Shown one piece after another: positions 22,899-34,533 of a DNA stretch of 64,000 nt. Made by a program: the position numbers and the translations under genes. Positions within the stretch are counted from its first letter, which is position 1; every line of letters begins with the position of its first letter. The notes under the pieces were generated by a model. It was not told where the DNA came from, ran no database searches, and worked only from the letters and a program-made list of their open reading frames with translations. This DNA comes from Tubiluchus corallicola (taxonomy: Eukaryota; Animalia; Priapulida), in assembly GCA_030141605.1 (NCBI GenBank), contig JAQGDQ010000005.1:1178180-1242179 (forward strand), given 5' to 3'.

Positions 22899-25800
22899 TT
22901 ACGTGAATTGTTTTCTTTGATGAATTTCTTTTAACCACGGTGGTACTAATTTATTTTCTTCTTTAGAAGAATGCTCGAATTCCGTATTAGCCTGACTGTA
23001 CTTCTGTCGTTGCTCTAGTAGTTTGCGTTTCCAGTCGGGCACTCCTATCCATTTTTCTTCTTCTGATTTCTGAAATAAACACATTACGTTTCACTGAATA
23101 AGATTGTTTTTATGTGTTTAATTACTAAAGCCCCGCACACTCGTGCAAATTTTATTTTTATTGCACAACTTTTATTTGAGCTAAGGAATTAAAATTGCAG
23201 CAATTTTACTCGGGCACCAAAATCAGCCACACCGATATGCAATTTTTAATGGCGCAACAGTCTACAGAATTCGGATTTGTGCGATAATTCACAAGCAGAG
23301 ACAGATAAACCAGAAATGCTGGGCTCACCCAGCCAGCAATTAATGAAAAAGCATTTTTTTATATTGTACGCTGCATTACAAAACAATTGTACAACTAAAA
23401 CCTTGAGCCCAGATCGCAACTTTTTGTTGCGCAGCTGAAAATTACAAGACTGTGCGCAGGTTTAACAGAAAGGGCAAGTATATGTGTTTCATTTTTTATC
23501 ACATTTTTCAATATCACAAGCGGCTTTCAAAGATCTTTGCATGAATAATGCCACATTTGGAGAGTGAAATAAGTTCAAACAACGAGCCTATACTATTATT
23601 GTGAAATGATGAAATAGCACCCAGTACAGTGCAGACATCCATCAGCGGTGAAACATGCCAAACTGGGCGTTTTTTGCTTCCCTCCTTTCCTTCTGGCGCC
23701 CCAAATTCCCACCAAAACTGATGGTTTAAGTGAATCTTTTTGTCCCATAGTCACTCCTCCACAAAACTTCTTGGAATTTGCGGTTTCTGTGTCATTTTGC
23801 TAACAGACAAAACAAATAAAACGTGCCAGTTTCACAGTCGTTTTTGAAAATTAAAATATTAGTGCACAGCGAAATAGTGGGCTTCACATTTTCATGGGCA
23901 CCTTGCCTACCTTTGTGGCATATTTGTGCTGCATTTTTCGTTCAAGCAATTGTCTCTTCCAATCGGGTAAACTTAGTAACTTCTCATGAGACATAACTAA
24001 ATAAAAAATGCAATATCGTAAATTATTCTTATCAAAATCATGCACGTAATATACTTTCAAAGAAATAAGATACCAACTATTATATTTGCGCTGAGCAATA
24101 GCACCTTACGCTATTATACATTTCCATTAACTTTGGGCCTAAAATTCTCAAGTTGGCTAACCAAAACTCGCATTTATCATCTGTTAACATTGGACCGTTT
24201 TACTGACTGAATTAATTCATGCGATGCCTGTTAATTGCGTTCGCTATTATATAGCATTAAATTTCATAATATGGTTATACAAAATACATGACAGTCTAAA
24301 TCTAAGCGTTTCACATAGAATAAAAAAATTATTTCACACTAATTTTCTGCCATTAGTTTATACCTTCTGCACTAGAAGCTGCTTTACTTAGGATGAGGTG
24401 TGTAATCGCCTCCACACGATCTCCACTTTTTTCGTTGTCTTTGTTTTCATTTGCGTTTTTTAGTTTGTCCTTCAAATCACTGGGCCTTAGAAGATGTTCT
24501 GTAGACACGTTCTCTGTTTCACTTTCTTCCTTCATTTCTTTAGCACCGGCTTGACTGTTACTTTCTTTTTGTTCAGGCAAAATAGAAGTCGTTTCGCCAA
24601 CATTGTCAGATTTCATTGCAGTTATGTTCTTGTTATGAACATCACTGCCTTGTAGAGATTTGCTTATAACGTTCCTATCATTGGCTTTTGCCTGAGAGTC
24701 TGACCGATTAGAAAATATTGACTTTTGATATGTAAAAGCGTTGTCATCTTCGTTGTTCATCGGTCTAATTTCCTCTGGATTGTTTCCTGCTGATACCTGT
24801 TTTTGTGTATTCGTCTTCTTTGCTAGAAGAAAAAAATTCTGCCGAAAATTGTTATTTAAAATGAGTAAGTTTAAATCTATGATCATATTTTTAGTGCACA
24901 CGGCCATTTGAGATAAGAGACTACAACCCTGGTGGTTTCTTATTCAACAGGCAAAGTTTCGCTGCATTTGTAACCCCAAAACTGACAACAATTGGTTTTT
25001 AATCAAAATAACAGAGCAGCTTGCACTGCCGCGCGCGCAGTAGGTAGCCAAAGAAGAATCCTCTTTATAATATAAGACGCCACAATCTGGAATCCAGCAC
25101 TTTGCGGTAAGTTTATCTACTACAGAAGTTGTATGATTGTGGTGGGACCAGAACCTAGCTAATTGCCAAGGTTGTGGTTAGCACGCGACAGATACAGAGA
25201 GCGTATACTTCTTAATGAGCTTAGGGCTTATATTACTAAATATAGACAAAAACTATGCAGAATTTGCTGTACTCTTCATAAAAATTTAGTATCCATAACT
25301 GTCTCATCAATGCAAACAGTTTTTACATTCATATATTTGTATACAAGCAGAATGTCATTGAGTATATAGAATACAGAAGTATAATTTAACATTACGAACC
25401 AGTAGCAAACTTTTTGAAAGGCTTTGGTCCAGGTTTCAACTTTACCCCGCTCTCGATTTGGGCTAACAGAGAAAACCTTTTGCTATTTTCCGGGTCTACA
25501 AAAACACGGAAAATAAATTAGCAGTAGTGGACCCAAATTCTGTAAACTTAAGCTGAAAATATACATATAATTATAATAAATGCATAAATTGTAACAGCTT
25601 CGTGACAACTTTACGAAGATAAACCATCATAACCAAAACTGTGGCTTACTTTCTACAGTAAATGTAAGTGCATTTTTATTAATTAATGGTAACTATAATT
25701 TTATTATCAAATGGATGCCATTCGAATAAATTTAGTTCTAAGTTGCAAACGAAATAAGATCTAACGACTACGCCAAATGCGGTAACAACGCAATAGAGAA

Positions 25801-28800
25801 AAGCGCGTACAAAAATCAAGTAAACAAAACTCAAACATAATAATTGTTTGTTAAGTTGCATTCACATTTGCTTGTCATTTAGCAGTAGAATAGAACCAGA
25901 AATTGTATATCATACAAATACAATTATCTTCTTAGCGATAGTTTTAGCAGTATTAATTTACGTTGAAATGAAAACATTAGTATCTACTGTTCTCGAATGC
26001 TAATCACACTGCAAAATAAATTACAAAAAAAATACCTCAAGTTCTTCGCAGATAACAACAGTAAACAAACTTACCCAAATACCTGGCTTGGTTAGCTTCC
26101 TCGCTCAGTACTTGGGTTAGTTTTATCTTGTCAGGCACTTGGGGAGCAGGAGGAACATCATCTTTTGCATCGATTACCTAAAATGTAAGAGCCAAAAAAC
26201 ATAAAAAATCGTCTTCCACTCCATTCATTTGCATAACTCCCAAGACTAAGGACTGCACTGTGTGTAGAAAGCTGTTAATATGAAAGTTGTAACGACAGAC
26301 CACAAAACACAGGTTAGCAGAAAATTGCAAATCTTCAAACATGCAACACGCGCTTGCTCATAAATGTTAGCAAACTGCACCAAAAGACACCTTTCACTTT
26401 TTGAATGAAGAATTATGGTTCATCAGTTTGTAATGAGCGATAAACGAAGCATAATGCTTAAATACCGGTTCATATGCTTGTTCTTGCTGTAACGATATTA
26501 CACAAGTACACAGGTACAAAATAAATCAAGACTATTTAAATGAACGTATGTTTAAACACATATTAAGTTTTAAGCAAACAATTTCATTAAACCTACCTCA
26601 GTTATACGAACAAAAAAGCTTTCAGGTGAAGAGACGACGGTGTCACAAACATAGAGGCGTATTTTGTAGAAAGGGAAGTTTTAGCGGACTGTTAAGATGT
26701 ACAAGTTATGTTAAACTGCCTTGAATAATAACCCTATAAGAATGCTGTTCTATTTATAGCCAAAGCAATGAAAGTAAGAACAAGAACGCATTGCAGGCTC
26801 ATTACGGTATTTGAAAAAGCGCAGATTATATGAATTCTGAATTTCTAGACAACTTAGTGATTTTACAAGTTTAAACCGCAAAATGTCCATCATATTTCCT
26901 ATCTTTGTAATGATATGGTTAAATAATATAAGAACAGAGATACGGGATTAGTTCGCGCTAAAAGCGACGGCGCGTAAACACAAATACTATCATGAAACAA
27001 ATTAAAGGGCTTTTCGCTCGTGCGGTGAGGCAATTTGACCTGCGTCATCTTTGTTTCGGCAAATTTAAAGATATTGTGCCACTTAGCGTTGCACGCTATT
27101 TTCTTTCTTTGACTTGTTGTACTGCGTTTTTAATAAAGGTTAGTATTTAATTGTTTGTATTATGTATCTGCACAATGAATACAATTAATAAACAAGAAAC
27201 GGCAATGACAATTAACAATAATCACATCAATAACTTTTTCCAGTCTTTACTGCTATGCTGCAGGTACAGAAAATAGGAATATAACGCGAACTGCCAACCA
27301 TAAACTTCAGTGTTTACCGAATAAAGGAAAAATAATTTTAATATTATTAATTTACTATACATTCGCATAGCTTTCTTAGCAGTTTGGTAAATGGAGGCGT
27401 AATTACAACATTTTGTATCATCAGACAGCATATCATTTTCAGCGTAAATTTACTGCGAATGAAGCCAATACCGAACTGCTAATTCGCAGTATTAGTAGTG
27501 CACAGACATTACTAATGAACATCTTGTCGTCATTACCAGCATTTATAACAAGAATTATTTGTTGAAAAAGAAAATTTAAGAAAACAACTTCAGAAATCGA
27601 AGCCATGGCCTAGTGATTCTCATCCATGTAAGTTATACTACCAATATACTACCAATTGCTGCTGAAGATATACGATATAATGTCACAGTAGTATTAACGC
27701 CCGAATAACTTACTATGTATAAGCAAAAAGTCTCGCAACATAAGTGTAAACAAAAAGTCTCGCAACATAAATCACTATCCTTGTCCTTATCAACTGTATT
27801 AAAAAGACAAGAACTATCTTTTTTCTATAATCATGTAATTACGAAGTCCCATACGTTCATAAAAAGACTCGAAATTATTGCTTACCGAAACATTTTCTTC
27901 AAACGTTACTGATCGCCTTTGCGAATGTGAACTATCTGAACGGATACTATGGGGGTTAGACAGCAGCGTGACCATTGATGGCGCGTCTGAGTCAGAACTG
28001 TCATTCATGTCATCAGTGTGGTAAAGTGGAGCAAGTCCAACATCATCTGCCGACATATCGTCGTCAGTTAATCGCAAAGCAACTTCAGATCGAGATTCGA
28101 AGTCAGACGTTAGTGGACTTAGAGAAGAGCCCTGAGAGGCTTCTGATTGGTGATGAGATGCTAACCGGTCTGTGGTGGCTTCTTCGTTTGCATGAGTTTC
28201 GTGAAACAATCGACCGCAAGAACATGCAAGACTTTCCGCATTATTTGTTGAAGGAGCTGGTCCAACTAAATTCAAACGTTTGTGAGATCGTGGCGGCGGA
28301 GGTGGTAATGGTGGTGGCGGTGGCGGTGGCGGATGCAGAGTGGAATCAGAATCAGACTGTTGATCGCTTTGCAGAGAGTGTTTCAGTATTGACTTTGGTC
28401 GTGTGTTAGTGCTGAGACAATCGTTACCATAACTCAGACGGCTTTCGCGATCAGAAAGATTATCAGAACTACTTGGAGGGAACATTTCAATGTTTAAATT
28501 CTGACTAGGTCCATAGTTATTGAATAATTCTTGCACTGTATCCACAATTTCTTCTTGCATTGGCACTTGAGAAGGCTGACTGTTTGAGAAATCACTTAAC
28601 CCGTGTCCCCTTTTGTGTTCAGATCGATGCCCTTTTTTACTTTTGTGTTTTCCTTTCTTTTTTCTTGAATAACATTCGAGATTAAGTTCAGCTTCGTTTT
28701 GCTGATGATGCACGTGATGACGTTGGTAGCCTTCCGATTTTTGGACAGGTTGATAGTCAACAGATTTGCTCTTTTTATATAAATTCTCTAGAATTGATTG

Positions 28801-31800
28801 TATATAAGCTGTTGTCTCAGAGTCGTACTGAGGATAATCAATGTTTTCTGTAACGGCCAGACTGTGACTAGGAATACAAACTTGATGAGGCAGATGTTTG
28901 TGGATTGACGATGGATAAAACCCCATAGAACTAAGAGGCACGCACTGTTTGCCACAGGTGTTCATCAACACAGGTGCCGTACAGGTACACCGTAATATTG
29001 GTGTTTGGTCCCAGTGTCTGTCGGTAACAACTGCCGGTAACAAACAGGAGTTTTTTCGTTCATTGTGGCATTGTATACAACCGTTCACCTGGTAGCAACT
29101 ACATTTACAGGTACAATGGAGTTCAGGTGTGTCGTGTCTTTCTGTCACTGATTCCTGCATATCTTCATACCCTGTTGACTAAAACAAAAATAGAAGGTAT
29201 TTATAAATAGATCTTGTGTAATGGTTTAAAAAGAGTTTTAATTTATTCTACAACAATCTACATCAGAATCAGAAAACTTGTTATAAAGCAATTTATACAG
29301 GTAAATAATGAGAGGTTAAAAGATTCAATGGCCATCTGTATAATCAGCCATCACTAAACGAAGAAATTGCCAGGCAGGAACAATTGCAAGAAACGTGGCT
29401 GAAAAACTGGTTAATGTGCATTATATTGAAAAGTCTACATTACTTACTGTATGGTCTACATTATTCAAAAGAAAATGTGTGTATACAAAAAATTCATTTT
29501 TGTTGTTGTTTACCAGATGAACTACAAGCCGAAGGCATTGAATATTCAATTCCACGTTTATGGATGTTATTTGATAAATGAAATGCCACTCTAATCTGAT
29601 CTAGATAACTTAGCACAACACGCATTTGTTGTATGGACAGTTTAACACATTAAAATGATCGCACTCACGCACACATGCTCACTAGCTGAAAACAGAGAGA
29701 TGTAATGTAATTATACTGACATGCCTTAAACATACTGCGCCGATGAACAAATCGAATAACATCACCTAATTGCAGATGCATAGTTATTATCAACATTAAT
29801 TCAAAACGCCAAAAGCACGAACCTAATCAAAATGTACTTGAGACTGAAGATATTAATAAATCTCACATATACCTGGTCATGTTTGTCACAGTGAAACAAG
29901 CTATGCTGCCAACCTGAGCTTTCTGGTTCCACCTTCCGAGCTTTCACGTGTATTTGTTCGTTAATTGCTAGACAATGTTTGTGTGCATATGGAGTATCAC
30001 AACAGCTATGACGACAAACAGGTAGCACAGAATTGTGATGATGATGATGACCTAACGACTCGTCGACGTACCCAGAATTAGCATAAGCATTCTTTTTTAC
30101 GGCATCGTTATTATTCATCTCTGGAAGATATGACCAGGTAGATTTCTGTCGGCTCTCGACCTGATGACTTGTCTGTTTGTCGTGAGAAGGGTGGTCACCA
30201 TTTGTATGTCCACGATATACAGGTTCTGCTACAACCGCTTCATTTCTGAAGCCTTTACGTAACAAAGAAGTATTGTCATTTTTGCTAGAGTATATATCAG
30301 TATCAGTAGCGTCCTTCCTGGTCACTGGCGTAAAATGCAGGAAGGAATCAGATTGTTCAAACTCGTTCCCATTGTCATGGTAACGTAAGAAATCTTCGCT
30401 ATGATAGTCTACATTCTCGTACTTTTTATAGAAGCTTGAGTTTGGCTTGGCTATATTAGCAACCGAATCATAATCTTGATCAGGTGATTGCTTTTCAGAT
30501 TGCGTCATTTGAGTTTGTGGTAGTTCAAACAAAGATGCATTTAAATGATCGACGGGAAAGGAAGCTGTTTCTTCATCTGGCCTTCCAGTCAGACACAACT
30601 CGTGCAAAATGCTGTTCACACATAAACAGTCTTTGAAAGGAACGTCATTAATTCTTTGTCCATCTGCAGTTTGATTATTTTCACTAACATTAAGCTGTCC
30701 GGCTTCACTGGTAAAACTGCTAGTGAGACTCGAAGGGTCGCGACTTACACATCTAAATAATTGTTGCACGCACTTACATTGGTTTGCCAGACCGAGTATC
30801 CGCTGTGTTAGTGACACGTGTTTTTTGTCAGTACTAACAACAATGTAGAATTCATCTGTTCCGGCAGAGATTTTACGTTTACGAGTCATTCCACCAGACG
30901 ATAGTTTTAGCTTTCTAGCACCATTTCTCCAAGGTTTTGTGACCATCATTCCCGCCCGTTCATTTTGTGCTTCAGCACAATCTTGTAGGAAACTTTCCAT
31001 TCCAGAACGACGCTCATCATTTTCGCTTCTAGCTATCAATTTTTCACTTTCTCTTTGTTGTTCTGCGTACAGGTATTCGCTGTTAATACTCAGGTCATCA
31101 TCAGAAATTCGCTCTGTACGTTCTACTGCACTGACTCCATACTTGTTTAGTGGATCTCTGGCATCAGTTCCAGGAGTGAAATTGCCATGCACAAATCTTA
31201 GATTAGCCTGTCTAGTAGTCGGACCAAATATGTTGTGCTGCTTGCTGTTATTTGACAAAGTTTCTTGATATTTTTCATGAACATTGTTGTTGGCTTCTTT
31301 CGCAGATGGCTTACTATCAGACGTCCAATAGCTAAATGGGCGATTTTCCCCTTGCGAGCCTAAACATTTAGAGTTCTTTGGTCCATCTTTAACTGTGCTA
31401 TATGGCATTGATAATGGCGTCCTTTGTTTAAAAATTATATTTTCATTATTAGCCGATGGCAAATCATCAGTATTGTTACTCGCAAGATGGTCCCAACTGT
31501 TTTGTCGAACGCTTTTTAGATTTCTGCTAGGATACTGATGATACCCCTCCCAATTATTGAAATCCGTTAGTGAATCTAAACTTCCCGAGCGTCTGATTGA
31601 TGTGTTGTAATTTATTTCACTAACATGATCATTTCTTATCGGATCAAGATGTAGGCGATCTACAAGCTTTATATTTTCCCTATATTGTTGTTTCGATCTT
31701 TTTCGATCAACGTCCGGTGGAGGAAATTGAAACATTTCGATGTCCTTTTTCCAAGAATGTCCCGTGCTTTTAGAACTGGAATTACTAGATGTAGAGCTTA

Positions 31801-31927
31801 CACACTGACATGTGCAAAACGAATACGGTTTGTAGTTTTCTTGGTATTTGGGCAGTAAGTGCGGAGTATCCAGAACGATGAAATCTACCAAGTTACCATC
31901 GGTATTTTCCTTCACCTTCCATAGCAT
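22899..31927 (-). CDS. Large uncharacterised protein (~1388 aa) with espin/forked-like C-terminal actin-bundling module, polyproline tract and SILK/RVxF PP1-docking motifs; coding exons 31927-29873, 29178-27886, 26177-26075, 24822-24364, 23996-23911, 23069-22899
   Basis: Two long ORFs (725 and 448 codons) plus four further exons join through five GT-AG introns with matching phases (0,0,1,1,0). The C-terminus reads LPDWKRQLLERKMQ...EEEKWIGVPDWKRKLLEQR...LVPPWLKEIHQRK*. The start ATG (ACCATG at 31927) is provisional, and upstream exons may exist. Confidence 0.8.
23127..23462. mobile_element. PIF/Harbinger-like MITE in the last intron of the espin-like gene
   Basis: Imperfect inverted ends TAAAGCCCCGCACAC / CTGTGCGCAGGTTTAA; internal GCAA/TTGC repeats. 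Confidence 0.5.
26750..26759 (-). promoter_or_regulatory. MEF2-consensus site overlapping a minus-strand TATA box; candidate internal promoter
   Basis: CTATTTATAG fits YTAW4TAR and reads CTATAAATAG on the - strand; a candidate donor GAG|GTAGGT lies ~155 bp downstream at 26597. Confidence 0.35.
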
Positions 31928-34492
31928 GGTGCATGGTTTTGCGGTAATGCGTACATAATCCGAAATTTCATGAAACAACTTGCTCTCACATTATAATAGA
32001 AAACAACTAGCAGAAACAGCTAGGGTAACAGTTAGCCCACCAATCTGCAAGACATTTTGACTGCATGCTATGTCAATATGAAAATACAATACTAACGGGA
32101 AATTACTGTTGATTCAAATAATTTCACCAAGCACTTCCTTGATAAACAATAGCCTCGCACGTCAGACATAACATCTATTTGTCCACCAATTGTGGGAATA
32201 GAGTAAAGAACACTAATGAAGAGTCTTTTAACTCCTCAGAATAGGGATTTGGTTCCGTATGGGCGCGTGGAGACACCATGCCTTAAAACAGATCATGAGA
32301 ACAGTCTGCACGTTTCCGCTGAACTTATACCATGCACACAATGTGGTTGTTCTAACGCGTTTAGTTGCAGAATTTAAACATCAAAATTTACTAACAAACA
32401 AGTGAAACAACAGTTTGATTAAATCTCGTGGCCCATTAGGATTAGCTCTTAATTTACACTGCAGTAATTGTTTCATTGGCACACGACATATTGGCAAAGA
32501 ACAAAAACATCACAGAACTCAGCGAGACGTTATATGCCATTAACCCTGTATCAGTGCCATGCGACTGCCCGTGACAATCATAAAACCACTCAATGAATGA
32601 ATAAACGTCATAAAAACTTGTCCAATCATCGTCATTAAATTGTTTTAATAAAACCAGTTATCCGGCGGATAATCCAAGAAGCTGGCTACCATAACGAGCG
32701 CACGTTTGACTGGCACATTCTATGTTGCCCTGGAAGGTTATCAACCTGCTGTCAAAAACGTTAACAATTTCTCCGCATTGGCGTAATTAGTATTTTTAGC
32801 AATTTTTTCATAGGTGAAACAGGTCGAAGAGGCGTCGAAATGTACGATCAGACAATCTCTCTCGCAAATATAACTTTCGGCTTTTAGCGGCCCATCACCG
32901 TAACGAATGAACCTCAAAGGACTGACCTATATCATGGAAAAAACTGATGCGCCAACAAACAATGGCAGAATTCATCTCTCCTACTTTCACTGTGGTTTAA
33001 CACGGCAAATACATCTGGACAAACAAGAAGTAAGCCGTCTTGCATTGATATATTGTGCATAGTAGCTAGGCCCAAAAATGGCAGTACGAACTTGCATTCC
33101 TGTACTGCGACAATGTAATTTCGTAATTTCGTTGACTTTATTTCCTCTTAACGGATGTAAATATTACTGCACTTTTACGCTTGGATTATTCACAACATTA
33201 CAACAGTGAGATTGTTACCATTTTGTCAATCGCCCAATTACACACGTTACGGTTGATGAACAAAATCTCTTCTATTCTAAGACGTCCTATAACCTTACTC
33301 AAAGACAGGAACATTCTACATCTAAATAGAATGCATGCATTCAAACGCGGTTAGGCACTATAATCATACTCAGAGAATGTAATATAGGTTTGCTCTGTCA
33401 TACTTTTTATAGCGCTGTAGCATAATTGCTGAGCATAGGAACCAGACTTTTAAAAAATTATCCCTTTCAATCTGTGAGTCTAATAGTTTCTCGGGGAAAA
33501 ATATTGCAGAAAATTACAATTATAAAAAGGTGTGGCGTATTCCTGCTACATTTCTGCACATTTGTTGTTTAAACCTTAGAAAACCAGAGAAGTTGCAAGA
33601 TAAGATACATTTAAATTTTATGAAAATTTATATCATGGTCGTCCCACGTAGACGCTTATTATTTAGTTAGTTATCTTACTGCGTTACAGCTATCAATATG
33701 AAATTTGTTTCAAATATAACAGTTAATTAATTTGCCCGACCGCTCGCTCTGTATTATAACCTAGATCAACAGAGCCGTTATTAACCCTTCATGCCTGCAT
33801 TTGCTTAGCAGTGAAAGGAACACGAGCACGTATTAACCTCGCGGATAAAGATGACTGAATTATGATTGAATAAACGAGTTTTAAACGAACGAATTAACTG
33901 AATTCAGACATTAGAAACGTTGTTGTACACTTACCTTTTACAGCCAACAATGAAAAATCAAAACACATGCACTGAGTCACATAATGATTTGAAATCAATA
34001 AAGAGACGCTGGTGATTGGGTAGTAAACAAAGCGAAAAGTAGAACAAAAAGTCATGCATGCTTAGTATTTCCGGTCAAATTACGTTAAAACTGCCAACGA
34101 GAGCTAGAGAAAAGGTGTCAGATGACGATAGGTGGAGCTTTAGTTCTAATTTCTATAATCATATTATTTTATTTTATACTCTGTGACCGTTTATAAATTT
34201 TCCCAAAGCTGCTTTCAAATGAACTTGACAACAACTATTATAACACAAACACCAACGCTAATCTAGCAATGATGGGAAGTTATTCTTTAAACTTTAGAAT
34301 TAACATGCTACATCACAGGTTCGTTCAAAGTGTTAATAAAGGTGCGAAACGCGGAATTTCTCAAAAAAGGTTTCTATATAATTGCATTTTGACCGGCCTT
34401 GTACCATCATTTTCACCATCATTATCATCTTTCAAATTGTCGTCAACAGGTCGTCGTCCTCTTCTTCATCATTATGAACATTTCCATGTTCA

Positions 34493-34533
34493 ACATCATC
34501 ACCATCGCCATCATCATCATCATCGTCGTCGTC
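34493..34533. repeat. (CAT)n/(CGT)n trinucleotide microsatellite
   Basis: CATCATCACCATCGCCATCATCATCATCATCGTCGTCGTCG. Confidence 0.85.

Noticed and set aside
27721-27770. 27-bp tandem duplication giving a KQKVSQHK repeat ORF
   Set aside because: Small intronic duplication, antisense to the real gene
27975-28409. 144-aa plus-strand ORF
   Set aside because: Antisense shadow of the large gene's exon 2
30939-31268. 109-aa plus-strand ORF
   Set aside because: Antisense shadow of the large gene's exon 1
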